Notes under the pieces: model-generated
The model's input: only the letters and a program-made list of their open reading frames with translations
What the model was told of the DNA's origin: nothing
Database searches by the model: none
DNA from: Pseudomonadota bacterium
GTDB taxonomy: Bacteria > Pseudomonadota > Alphaproteobacteria > RF32 > CAG-239
Assembly: GCA_918234285.1 (NCBI GenBank)
Contig: CAKJXZ020000007.1
Span: 1 to 38,216 of the forward strand
Direction of reading: 5' to 3'
DNA: 38,216 bases
Made by a program: the position numbers and the translations under genes
In this document: positions 17,447 through 27,198 of the stretch, one piece after another
How the letters are laid out: each line of letters begins with the position of its first letter
How positions within the stretch are numbered: the stretch's first letter is position 1

Positions 17447-18621
17447 TGAAAATAAAATATCCTGATTTAAAACTTATCAGCAAATATCTCTTAATCGGCA
17501 TTTTACTGATTTCTGTGGGTTGGTATCTGAAAGGTCGCTTATCACCTTCCGGCGGTATGGGTATGTACGGAATGGGTGAAGTATATGTTTTGGCGCAAAA
17601 AGCACAAAACAAGGATATTTCTTCTTTTAACAGCAAAATTTCGTATGTTGAATCAATTAATGAAGTGAGCTTGTTGCCGCAAGTAACCGGCACGGTTGAA
17701 AATATTTTGTTCAAAGAAGGAAGCCTTGTTAAAGAAGGTGATATTTTATTTGAAATCGATCCGTCAAAATATCAGGCAGCATTTGATTTGGCACAAGCTC
17801 GTCTTGATGCCGCCCAAGCTAATCTGGTAAAAGCCGAACGTGATTATAACCGTCAAGTTAAATTAAGCGATCAAAAATTTGCCTCGAAAGCCACTTTTGA
17901 TATGGCGGAAAGCGCTTATCTGCAAGCCAAAGCGTCGGTAGAAGAAGCCAAGGCAAATCTTGATGTTGCCACCATTGACTTGGATAATACTCAGGTTCGT
18001 GCGCCAATCAACGGCAAGGTCGGCAAAGCGTTGGTAACCAAAGGGAACTATGTGGTTGCCTCGCAAGCGGCTCTGGTTAAAATCGTTCAGGTAAATCCGG
18101 TACGTATCAGTTTTTCCATGACTGATAAGGAATTTGCCAATGTGCAAAAACGCGGCTATAACAAAGAAGATTTAATGGCCAAAATTATGTTGGCCAACGG
18201 TGATGTAATTACCGAAAAAGTCGTTGATACGTTTCTGGATAACCAAGTTAATCCGACCACGGCAACCTTATCTGTTTATGCCGATATCGCCAACGATTCG
18301 GATAAATTAATTCCGGGCAACTATGTTCAATCCGCACTCTATGACGGCAAACCTTTATTTGCGATTACGGTGCCGCAAACCGCCATCAACTACGATAAAG
18401 ACGGTGCCTTTGTTTATGTAGCCAAAATCGATAAAGAAAAGAGCAAAGAAAATGATTTGCACGGTGTGGCCGAACAGCGTCGCGTCGTTTTGGGAAATAC
18501 CGTAAACGGTTCGGCACAGGCCGTGAGCAACGGTCTGACCGAAGACGATTTGGTTGTGGTTCAGGGCAACATCAAAATCCAGAACAATTCGCCGATTAAA
18601 GTCGGAATATTAGAGCAATAA
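17446..18621 (+). CDS. RND efflux periplasmic adaptor (AcrA-like MFP)
   Basis: PQVTG...FKEGSLVKEGDILFEIDP, helical hairpin, VRAPINGKVG, LIPGNYV. Confidence 0.95.
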   Translation: MKIKYPDLKLISKYLLIGILLISVGWYLKGRLSPSGGMGMYGMGEVYVLAQKAQNKDISSFNSKISYVESINEVSLLPQVTGTVENILFKEGSLVKEGDILFEIDPSKYQAAFDLAQARLDAAQANLVKAERDYNRQVKLSDQKFASKATFDMAESAYLQAKASVEEAKANLDVATIDLDNTQVRAPINGKVGKALVTKGNYVVASQAALVKIVQVNPVRISFSMTDKEFANVQKRGYNKEDLMAKIMLANGDVITEKVVDTFLDNQVNPTTATLSVYADIANDSDKLIPGNYVQSALYDGKPLFAITVPQTAINYDKDGAFVYVAKIDKEKSKENDLHGVAEQRRVVLGNTVNGSAQAVSNGLTEDDLVVVQGNIKIQNNSPIKVGILEQ

Positions 18622-18638
18622 GCGAAAGGTAAAAAAAT

Positions 18639-21600
18639 ATGTTTTCAAAGTTTTTTATTGAAAGACCTCGTTTTGCCGTAGTAATCGCGATTATTATGGC
18701 TCTTGCCGGTTTTGTGTCGGTGTTTTCAATGCCTATCGGTATGTATCCGGAAATTGCTCCGCCGGAAATTATGGTATCCACCAACTATCCTGGAGCCAGT
18801 GCCGAAACGGTGGCCAACAACGTCGGTATTCCGCTCGAGAAAGCCATTAACGGTATTGAAGATATGCTGTATATGTCGTCAAGCTCGTATAACTCCGGCT
18901 CCTACCAACTTTCCATCGCGTTTGAAACCGGTACCGATCCGGATTTGGATCAGGTTAAGGTACAAAACCGTATTCAACAGGTAGTCAGCACATTGCCGCA
19001 GGAAGTGCAAAGTATCGGCGTAACGGTACGCCGTCGTTCTTCCGATATTTTGGGATTTTTGCAAGTCACTTCGCCAAACGGAACCTACGACAGCAACTAT
19101 CTGAATAACTATGTTGAAAATAATATTAAAGTAGCATTGAGCCGTGCTTACGGTGTGGGCGAAGTTACCGTATTGGGTGCGGCAACCTCCATGCGTGTGT
19201 GGATTGATGCCGACAAAGCCACTGCACTGAATATCCCGCTGGCGACGATTAAAGCCGCCATTCAAAGTCAAAACATCCAACCGTCCCTCGGTTCGGTCGG
19301 TTCGGCTCCGGGCGACGGTCATCAGGTTTTGGTTTATTCGTTGGAAACCCGCGGCCGCTTAAATGACCCGAAAGATTTTGAAAACATTATTGTGCGTACC
19401 GCCGATGAAGGCGGCTTGGTACGCCTTAAGGACATTGCCCGGGTAGAACTCGGATCGGAAAGTTATTTGTTTAACTCGCGAGTTGACGGAAAACCGGCGG
19501 TTGCCATTATCATTAACAAATCCTCGGGTGCCAACGCCGTTAACGCCATGAAGGCAGTAAAGGCCGAATTGAAAAAGCTCGCAAGATTCTACCCGGAAGA
19601 TTTGGAAGTTAACGTCTTTGTAGATACTACCGACTTTATTATTGCCTCAATTGAAGAAGTATTTTTCACTTTGTTTCTGACTTTTGCTCTGGTAGTGTTT
19701 GTCTGCTACATTTTTTTACAAGACTGGCGCGCCACCTTGGTACCGTCAATCGCTATTCCGGTATCAATTCTGGCAACATTTGCCGTTATGAAAGCGCTCG
19801 GTTTCAACCTCAACATTTTAACTCTGTTCGGTCTGGTTCTGGCTATCGGCCTGGTAGTGGACGACGCTATTGTGGTGGTGGAGCGCACTCTGTACCTGAT
19901 GCAGTCGGAAGGGCTCAACTCCAAACAAGCCGCCACCAAAGCCATGGAACAGGTTTCCAGCGCGGTTGTGGCCACAACTCTGGTGTTGCTCGCTATTTTT
20001 GTACCGATTGCGTTTATGGGCGGCATTACCGGTAAAATTTATCAGCAATTTGCCATTACCATCAGTTTTGCCGTATCGTTCTCCGCCGTCAATGCTCTGA
20101 CTTTATCGCCGGCATTGTCAGCCACATTCTTGCGCCCGTTCGAAATAAAGAAAACCGGTTGGCTCGGTTGGTTCAACCGCTTTATTACCGGCGCCACCAA
20201 CAAATATCTGGTAATCGTCGGCTACATCGGACGTAAAATCAGTATTATTGCCTTTATTTTAGGTGTATTGGCCCTACTCATCGGCGTATTCTTCAAAATT
20301 ACCGCAACTTCGTTTTTACCGGACGAAGATCAGGGTTTGATAATGATTAACGTGCAATTGCCGGAAGGTGCATCAAGCGTTCGTACCAAGGCGGTTAACG
20401 ATAAAATTTTGCAGGCAGCACAAACCGAACCTGATGTTAAGTCGGTTATCAATCTTGAAGGCTTCAGTATTATGGCCGGTCAGGGCGAAAACGTCGGTTT
20501 CGGTGTACTTTCTCTGAAAAACTGGGAAAAACGTAAGCGCAAGGATCAATATTCGACCAATATCAAAAACCGCTTATCGGCCATTGTCGGTGCCTTTTCC
20601 GAAGCTAAAGTCCAACTGTTTGAAATGCCTGCCATTCCTGGTCTCGGCTCCACCAATGCCATGGATTTCAAAATTCAATCTGTTGAATCTACAGACATGA
20701 ACGAATTGGAAACTGTTGTAAACAACTTTACACGCGCCGCAATGGCTTTGCCGCAAATTATGTTAGCCTATTCCACTTATAATGCGCAAACTCCGCATGC
20801 TTATATTGATATCGACCGTGAAAAGGCCGAATCTCTGGGAGTTGCGGTCGGCTCTATTTATTCTGCGCTGCAAACCTATATCGGCTCGAGTTACATCAAC
20901 GATATCAATATCGGTACACAGGTTAACAAAGTTAAGATGCAGGCCGATTGGAAATATCGTAAAGATTTAAGCAGTTTGGACAAGATTTACGTGCAGTCAA
21001 ACAAAGGACAGATGGTCCCGCTCGGCAGTTTGATCCACATCAAAACCGTGTTGTTACCGCGCGGTATCAGCCGCTACAATCAATATCCGAGTGCCACGAT
21101 TAACGCCATGGCTTCCGATGGTTTCAGTTCGGGCGAAGCTATGGATGCACTTGAAGATTTAGCAATTCGCACTCTGCCGAAAGGATATACTTACGCTTGG
21201 TCCGGCGCCAGTCTGCAGGAGAAAAATAACCAAGGACAAATCTATTACATTATTGCATTTGCCTGCCTGTTTGCCTATTTATTCATGGTAGCTCAGTACG
21301 AAAGTTGGATGATTCCGCTATCGGTTATGTTGTCGGTAACGGCGGCAACTTTCGGCGCGCTCATCGGCTTATTTATAACCAGGTTACCGTTGAGCATTTA
21401 TGCGCAGTTGGGCTTAGTTTTGTTGGTCGGTTTGGCTGCTAAAAATGCCATTTTGATTGTGGAATTTGCCCGTGAATCCCATAGCAATGGAACCCCTATA
21501 TTAAAGGCCGCTCTTTATGGTACGCGTGAACGTTTCCGCGCCGTTTTGATGACAGCCATGACCTTTATTTTGGGTGTTGCTCCGCTTGTTTGGGCCAGCG

Positions 21601-21752
21601 GTGCCTCGGCCGGCAGCCGTGTAGCCGTGGGTGTTCCGGTATTTTCCGGCATGATTATCGGTACGGCCGGAGGTTTGGTACTCATTCCGTTGATGTATGT
21701 TCTGGTTCAAACCATTACAGACTACAAATTCACGAAAGATAAAAATGGCTAA
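18639..21752 (+). CDS. RND efflux permease (AcrB/HAE1 family)
   Basis: 1037 aa; MFSKFFIERPRFA; proton-relay residues intact (VVDDAIVVVE, AAKNAILIVE, RFRAVLMT). Confidence 0.97.
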   Translation: MFSKFFIERPRFAVVIAIIMALAGFVSVFSMPIGMYPEIAPPEIMVSTNYPGASAETVANNVGIPLEKAINGIEDMLYMSSSSYNSGSYQLSIAFETGTDPDLDQVKVQNRIQQVVSTLPQEVQSIGVTVRRRSSDILGFLQVTSPNGTYDSNYLNNYVENNIKVALSRAYGVGEVTVLGAATSMRVWIDADKATALNIPLATIKAAIQSQNIQPSLGSVGSAPGDGHQVLVYSLETRGRLNDPKDFENIIVRTADEGGLVRLKDIARVELGSESYLFNSRVDGKPAVAIIINKSSGANAVNAMKAVKAELKKLARFYPEDLEVNVFVDTTDFIIASIEEVFFTLFLTFALVVFVCYIFLQDWRATLVPSIAIPVSILATFAVMKALGFNLNILTLFGLVLAIGLVVDDAIVVVERTLYLMQSEGLNSKQAATKAMEQVSSAVVATTLVLLAIFVPIAFMGGITGKIYQQFAITISFAVSFSAVNALTLSPALSATFLRPFEIKKTGWLGWFNRFITGATNKYLVIVGYIGRKISIIAFILGVLALLIGVFFKITATSFLPDEDQGLIMINVQLPEGASSVRTKAVNDKILQAAQTEPDVKSVINLEGFSIMAGQGENVGFGVLSLKNWEKRKRKDQYSTNIKNRLSAIVGAFSEAKVQLFEMPAIPGLGSTNAMDFKIQSVESTDMNELETVVNNFTRAAMALPQIMLAYSTYNAQTPHAYIDIDREKAESLGVAVGSIYSALQTYIGSSYINDINIGTQVNKVKMQADWKYRKDLSSLDKIYVQSNKGQMVPLGSLIHIKTVLLPRGISRYNQYPSATINAMASDGFSSGEAMDALEDLAIRTLPKGYTYAWSGASLQEKNNQGQIYYIIAFACLFAYLFMVAQYESWMIPLSVMLSVTAATFGALIGLFITRLPLSIYAQLGLVLLVGLAAKNAILIVEFARESHSNGTPILKAALYGTRERFRAVLMTAMTFILGVAPLVWASGASAGSRVAVGVPVFSGMIIGTAGGLVLIPLMYVLVQTITDYKFTKDKNG

Positions 21753-23016
21753 TCCGCGACTGATAAGCGCTAAAATCCTTCAAAAGATTTTGGAAGATAA
21801 AATCTTTTTCGGAGATTTAAAAAAACAAATTCCCGAAAATGATTTGCCGTTTTGTAACATGCTGCTTCTTACGGCATTGCGCCGCTTAACCGCGGTCAAA
21901 CAGATTTTGCACGGTTTTCTGCAAAAGAAAATACCAAATAAGCATCGCTTGGCAGAGTATCTGCTTTTAAACGCTATCACCGAGATTCTGTATATGGAAA
22001 CCGCAGAATATGCCATAATCAACGAGACCGTCAAAAATATCCGCAACACCTGCGACAAGTTTCTGGGAGGCTTGGCTAATGCAGTGTTGCGTAAAGTATG
22101 TTTACAAAAAAACAAATTAAGGCAAAAGGCCGATACCATAAGCCCTCTGCCCGATTCGTTTTCAGAAATCCTCAGCGGTTACAATGCAGAACAAATCCAC
22201 CAAATCGGTGCCGCTGCGCTCAATGTACCGGCGCTGGATATCACGGCTAAGGACAATCCGCGGGCATGGGCGGAAAAACTCAATGCCGAACTGTTACCCA
22301 ACGGCAGTTTACGCCTTTATAACGCGCCCAAAATACAGCAACTTCCCGAATATACTTCCGGCAACTGGTGGGTGCAGGATATTGCCGCGGCATTACCGGT
22401 TGCGGCCATGGGCAACATCGCCGGCAAAAAAGTGATTGATTTATGCGCCGCTCCGGGGGGCAAAACCGCTCAACTCCGTGCCAAAGGCGCAAAAGTTACC
22501 GCGCTTGATATTTCCGCCTCTCGCCTCGAAACCCTGCGGCAAAATATGCACCGGCTCGGTTATACGGATATCACCACACAGTGCATTGACGCCCTTGACT
22601 ATCTGCAAAACGGCTCAGAACAATTCGATGCTGTTTTATTGGACGCTCCATGTTCGGCCACCGGCACTTTCCGTCGCCATCCCGAAGTATTGCACATAAA
22701 GACGGCACAAGACGTAGTCGAACAGGCGGCATTACAAAAAAAATTGCTCGAAGCATGTCCGAATATTCTGAAAGTCGGCGGAATTCTGGTATACAGCGTA
22801 TGCTCAATCGCTCAGGCCGAAGGTGAACAACAAATCGCTGACCTTTTGCAAAATAATCCGCATTTCAAACTCATTCCGCTAACCGCCGCCGAAATTGCAC
22901 CTTATGATGATTTTGCCGACAATCTCATAAACGATAACGGCACAATTCGCACTTTGCCGTATTATCAAAACGGTATGGACGCTTTCTTTATTTGTAAATT
23001 GCAAAGAATAATTTAA
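21745..23016 (+). CDS. rsmB: 16S rRNA m5C methyltransferase RsmB/Sun with NusB-like N-domain
   Basis: DLCAAPGGKT, DAPCSATG, YSVCS and GLANAVLRK; start ATG 21745 overlaps the RND stop. Confidence 0.88.
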   Translation: MANPRLISAKILQKILEDKIFFGDLKKQIPENDLPFCNMLLLTALRRLTAVKQILHGFLQKKIPNKHRLAEYLLLNAITEILYMETAEYAIINETVKNIRNTCDKFLGGLANAVLRKVCLQKNKLRQKADTISPLPDSFSEILSGYNAEQIHQIGAAALNVPALDITAKDNPRAWAEKLNAELLPNGSLRLYNAPKIQQLPEYTSGNWWVQDIAAALPVAAMGNIAGKKVIDLCAAPGGKTAQLRAKGAKVTALDISASRLETLRQNMHRLGYTDITTQCIDALDYLQNGSEQFDAVLLDAPCSATGTFRRHPEVLHIKTAQDVVEQAALQKKLLEACPNILKVGGILVYSVCSIAQAEGEQQIADLLQNNPHFKLIPLTAAEIAPYDDFADNLINDNGTIRTLPYYQNGMDAFFICKLQRII

Positions 23017-23057
23017 TAATTTGGCCTTATACTGATTCCCAAATTAAGGAGACAGTC

Positions 23058-24131
23058 ATGGGTTATATGCTTTCAAACATTGCCGTTTTTATGCTTCTGA
23101 GCTTTTTAGCGATGTATTTCATCTATAAACCGGCCATAAACAAATATATGCAAACATTGGAAATAAAGCTATCTTCACTGGTTTTTCCGTATGTATTGGC
23201 AGTTTATACGGTGTGCGCCGTTGCGGCATATTTCACACTTGAAACCGATGACTTTATCGAACCGATTACGCTTATTCGTATGGCAGCTCCGCCTGTCTTG
23301 GCCGCCGCTATTTATGCCGCAGTCATGTTGTTCTCCCAAAAAATAATCTACGCAATTGTCGCCGTTGCAGTCGGCATTACGGTATGGTTGCAACCGATAG
23401 ATATCGGCAATGCCTTTCCGTATGACCCGCTCTGGGTGCGTTTGGGCCTGTTTGTTTGGGCTCTGATTTTCTGCCTCGGCTCCCGTATTATGAACATTTT
23501 GCCACACACATTTATTTTCCCGAACATTGTTATTTTGGGAGGCTTGATTATGTTGGCGCTAATCGGAGCATCACCGCTGTATATTGCCGTATGCGCAGCA
23601 GTTTTAATCGGTATTTTGGCCGCTTATATGAGTATGAACTATTATAGTGTTTCCATTGATTTGGATGACGGTTCATGCGTGGCAATCAGTTACTTGATAT
23701 GCGCCTTATTGCTGATGAACGCGGGAGAGTTTTGTTTTCCGTCGTGCGTTATTCTCACACTCATTTTCTGGGCAGAAATTCTTGCCGCGCTTTACAATCG
23801 TTTCATCATCACCCATCTCGGCACTTTGAGCGAAAATACCAATTACTTTTTCGCAGCTCAACGTCATACTTTGCAAACGCTGAGTTCGGCCGTTTTCAAA
23901 ATCGGCATTATCTTACTGCTGTTGGCGTGGTTCCAACTATTTTCGGTTAATCCGTATTCGTTACCGCTTATCGCATTGTTTATCGTACTTTGGCTCGACG
24001 GTTCACTCGGGCGCAGAGAAAACACACCGCATACTTTGGCCGACATAAATCGCCAATTTATCAGCGATATCAAACAAAACATCAACGATTTCAAGAAACT
24101 GTTCAATTCCGAAACAAAGGATAAAGAATAA
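23058..24131 (+). CDS. Polytopic membrane protein, divergent MraY/WecA (Glycos_transf_4)-like
   Basis: About 10-11 hydrophobic segments; AAYMSMNYYSVSIDLDDGSCVAISYL aligns by eye with the GFLxxNxxPAxIFMGDxGSxxLG motif; AAGGAG SD. Confidence 0.6.
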   Translation: MGYMLSNIAVFMLLSFLAMYFIYKPAINKYMQTLEIKLSSLVFPYVLAVYTVCAVAAYFTLETDDFIEPITLIRMAAPPVLAAAIYAAVMLFSQKIIYAIVAVAVGITVWLQPIDIGNAFPYDPLWVRLGLFVWALIFCLGSRIMNILPHTFIFPNIVILGGLIMLALIGASPLYIAVCAAVLIGILAAYMSMNYYSVSIDLDDGSCVAISYLICALLLMNAGEFCFPSCVILTLIFWAEILAALYNRFIITHLGTLSENTNYFFAAQRHTLQTLSSAVFKIGIILLLLAWFQLFSVNPYSLPLIALFIVLWLDGSLGRRENTPHTLADINRQFISDIKQNINDFKKLFNSETKDKE

Positions 24132-24132
24132 A

Positions 24133-25470
24133 ATGCCTATAAACAACTGCTTAGAAAATATAAAACGCTTTTTATCCGCCGACAAAGAAGAACCTTCTGC
24201 CGCACTGTTTCGGGTTACGGTGGTAGCTTTTGAAGATAAATGCAACTTAAATTGCGGTCGTCGTTTTGCCGATATATTGCAAAAAAATCCGTTGTTCGAC
24301 GTGCATTTTTTCGCCGAAACATTTCCCAAAGGTTTTCTTAATCTGCAAGGGCGAAACTTTTTTGATTTCATCGACCGTGGCAACCAGATTCTGAACTCTA
24401 CGCACTCGGATATTTTGATTTGGGGCTATGAAGAAAATGCCAAAATTCGGCTGAATTTCCAGATTGCTAACCAATATGCTCTCGATAACAATTTATCCCA
24501 TTCGCTGTTGGACAGTTTGTTTGTGCCGCTCAATTTTTTCACTTCTCCGGAAACTTTTTCCGCCTCGTTGTTATTGGTTATCTGCGGCATCATTATTGCC
24601 GCGGTTCCTCCGGTAACCAACGACCAGAAAGATAACCGTGAAAAATTACTGACCGATATCATTGCTCTTTTGGCCGCCGACACTTCGCCCAAAGAAATAT
24701 CACGCGAATTTATGCCATATATTATGAATATGCTCGGCAAAATTTACCTGAGCAACGCGCAAAAAAATCTGAGCGAAACCGACGTGGAAATTATCCGCAA
24801 TTTGTTTGACAGCGCGCTCAAAAACAAACAGTTTATGCGCTTACCGATTTATTATGGTTGCGTATACGACAATATGGCTCAACTGTATGAAACAATGTAC
24901 AAACAGGCGCAAACGGACGGTTCTCCCTATTTGCGTGAAGCCATCTCATTTTATCAGGAAGCCCACAAATACTTAAACAAAAACTACCCTTATGATTACG
25001 GCCTGATTGCCTATCATCTGGCACTGCTGTATTTTGATTTTTGGAAATACACCACCGATTTACAGGCTCTGCGCGATGCGGTAACTCAATTGCGCGAAGC
25101 CGAAAAGGTTTATACTCTGGCACAATTCCCGCAATCCTGGTGCCATATCGAGGGACTGCTCGGATACTATTTGACCTCACTCGGAATGACCACCGCCAGC
25201 AACGAGATTATGCAACTTGCCATTAACAGCTATCATAATCAGCAAAAAATCTACGAGCAACGTGTATATCCGTTGGAATGGGCCGGAATTCAGGAAGAAA
25301 TCGGTAACATTTATTATCTGCTCGGCAAGCAAAACGATGACGATAATTTTATGATTGAAGCGCGCAACTATTTCAATTCCGCGCTTGAAGTATATCAGCA
25401 ATTAAAGGCCAAAGACCATATCACCGAGACAAAACGTCGCCTGGCCAAGGTTCATAACTATATCGATTAG
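24133..25470 (+). CDS. TPR-repeat protein
   Basis: Repeats YPYDYGLIAYHLA, FPQSWCHIEGLLG and YPLEWAGIQEEIG with A...Y/F..AL helices. Confidence 0.85.
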   Translation: MPINNCLENIKRFLSADKEEPSAALFRVTVVAFEDKCNLNCGRRFADILQKNPLFDVHFFAETFPKGFLNLQGRNFFDFIDRGNQILNSTHSDILIWGYEENAKIRLNFQIANQYALDNNLSHSLLDSLFVPLNFFTSPETFSASLLLVICGIIIAAVPPVTNDQKDNREKLLTDIIALLAADTSPKEISREFMPYIMNMLGKIYLSNAQKNLSETDVEIIRNLFDSALKNKQFMRLPIYYGCVYDNMAQLYETMYKQAQTDGSPYLREAISFYQEAHKYLNKNYPYDYGLIAYHLALLYFDFWKYTTDLQALRDAVTQLREAEKVYTLAQFPQSWCHIEGLLGYYLTSLGMTTASNEIMQLAINSYHNQQKIYEQRVYPLEWAGIQEEIGNIYYLLGKQNDDDNFMIEARNYFNSALEVYQQLKAKDHITETKRRLAKVHNYID

Positions 25471-25520
25471 TGTTGAAAACGGCTACATCGAGATTATTTT
25501 TTACCCAAAGGAGAAAAAAT

Positions 25521-26120
25521 ATGCGTTGCATTGAACAAGACAGTTTAAACCGTCGCCGCTCGGTTTACGGCTTAAGCGGAGTTTTACCGATTTCGGAAAA
25601 TTGCTTCATCGACACCGTTGAAGCATGCCTTTTGCATTGCCCCACACCGTTCAATGTCCAATCGGCTCGCGTGGTGGTTCTGTTCGGCAAAAAGCATCTG
25701 CAACTGTGGCAAGAAGTCTGGCAAGAATTGCACAATGTAATTACCGATAAACAGGCTGTCTCTACCAAAAAGAAAATCGATGCCTTTGCCCGCGCTTATG
25801 GCACCATCTTGTTTTTTGAAGACCGCAAAGCCTTGATGAATTTGAAAAAACAATTCCCGCAATACGCCAAAAATATGCGCATCTGGACGCAGCAGGCCAA
25901 CGGTATGCTACAGTATATGATTTGGCAGACGCTGGCCGAAAACGAGGTCGGCGCCTCGCTGCAACACTACAACGAGCTGATTGATAAATCGGTAAATAAA
26001 ATGTTTGACTTACCGAAAACCTGGGAACTGGTAGCGCAAATGCCTTTCGGAAGCATAGAAACCGAGCCGACGGAAAAAACTTTTCTGCCGCTGGAACAAC
26101 GCCTGAAAATTTTGCGATAA
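25521..26120 (+). CDS. Nitroreductase family protein (Frm2/Hbn1-like)
   Basis: RRRSVY, PTPFNVQSARVVVLFG, GASLQHYN, AQMPFG; AAGGAG SD before ATG 25521. Confidence 0.92.
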   Translation: MRCIEQDSLNRRRSVYGLSGVLPISENCFIDTVEACLLHCPTPFNVQSARVVVLFGKKHLQLWQEVWQELHNVITDKQAVSTKKKIDAFARAYGTILFFEDRKALMNLKKQFPQYAKNMRIWTQQANGMLQYMIWQTLAENEVGASLQHYNELIDKSVNKMFDLPKTWELVAQMPFGSIETEPTEKTFLPLEQRLKILR

Positions 26121-26121
26121 A

Positions 26122-26700
26122 TTATCTTTTAGCCAGTTTCATACCGAGTTGATTGGAAAATTCGGCCACACCTTTTGTAACCATAATCCCGATTAAATCG
26201 GCCACAATGTCAATATCTGTTTCTATGTTTTCTTTATCTGCCTTAGAAAAACCGGAAAGCACGTGATTGACCACGCTGTCTTCATTTTTTCCGGCCGGAT
26301 GCCCTACCCCGATACGGATTCGATTATAGTTGGGTGTAATGTGAGAATCGATGCTTTTAATACCGTTATGTCCGCCCGAGCCGCCGCCCAGTTTGGCCTT
26401 GATTTTATCGGTCGGCAAATCCATATCATCGTGGATAACCACAATATTCTGCGGCAAAATCTTATAAAAATTCGCCGCTTGCACCACACTGTTGCCGGAA
26501 AGGTTCATAAAAGTCTGCGGCTTTAGCAAATAAACTTTTTCGCCCTCGATATTTCCCTCGGCAATCAGCCCGTTGAATTTGGATTTAAACGGCGAAAAAT
26601 TATAGCGGCGATGAATTTCATCAGCCGCCATAAATCCGACGTTATGGCGGGTAGTCGCATATTCCGCTCCCGGATTGCCGAGACCAACCACCAAAAACAT
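26122..26700 (-). CDS. pth: Peptidyl-tRNA hydrolase
   Basis: GLGNPG..Y..TRHNVGF, KPQTFMNLSG, HDDMD, GGHNG. Confidence 0.98.
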   Translation of the reverse strand: MFLVVGLGNPGAEYATTRHNVGFMAADEIHRRYNFSPFKSKFNGLIAEGNIEGEKVYLLKPQTFMNLSGNSVVQAANFYKILPQNIVVIHDDMDLPTDKIKAKLGGGSGGHNGIKSIDSHITPNYNRIRIGVGHPAGKNEDSVVNHVLSGFSKADKENIETDIDIVADLIGIMVTKGVAEFSNQLGMKLAKR

Positions 26701-26709
26701 ATTCGCCTC

Positions 26710-27000
26710 TTATTTACGCATAAAATCAACGTGAATCGGTTGATCGGAAACAGGGTGGAATTGAACATCCTGACAAACAACCTTAGTTTTTTTGCCGTCA
26801 AGGTCAATGGTAATTTCGGATTGATATAAATCTTCCAAATCCAAAGCTTTTGCAACTTCAACCGGATCCAGACTGATTAATACCACGTCTTTCTTACCAC
26901 CGTAAATCACTGCAGGAATACGGCCCTCACGACGACAAGCACGAGCTGCCCCCTTACCTGCTTTTTCACGCTTTTTAGCATTAAAAGTATATTCTGTCAT
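26710..27000 (-). CDS. rplY: 50S ribosomal protein L25, short single-domain form (96 aa)
   Basis: GKGAARACRREGRIPAVIYG...QDVQFHPVSDQPIHVDF; GAGG SD before ATG 27000; adjacent to pth. Confidence 0.95.
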   Translation of the reverse strand: MTEYTFNAKKREKAGKGAARACRREGRIPAVIYGGKKDVVLISLDPVEVAKALDLEDLYQSEITIDLDGKKTKVVCQDVQFHPVSDQPIHVDFMRK

Positions 27001-27027
27001 TTTATTTTCCTCTATTAAAATTAACAC

Positions 27028-27055
27028 ACTTTCAGCCTCCAGGGGTGCCGAAAGT
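27028..27055 (-). promoter_or_regulatory. rplY 5' leader hairpin (candidate cis-regulatory RNA)
   Basis: ACTTTCGGC-ACCCCTGGAG-GCTGAAAGT (9-bp stem, one G-U), just downstream of TTGCAT-17 nt-TAAAAC (27090-27062). Confidence 0.55.
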
Positions 27056-27142
27056 AAATGCGTTTTACACCAAAAATATTTGATATGCAAGCATTTTTTT
27101 CATCTTTGCAAAGAACAAAGAAAATAATCCTGCAATAACATA

Positions 27143-27172
27143 TTGACAACACTATCAAGCCGTCGGTATAAT
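27143..27172 (+). promoter_or_regulatory. Consensus sigma70 promoter for 27199-28134
   Basis: TTGACA-18 nt-TATAAT. Confidence 0.75.
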
Positions 27173-27198
27173 AGCGTCGGATTAAAACTTATTTATAT

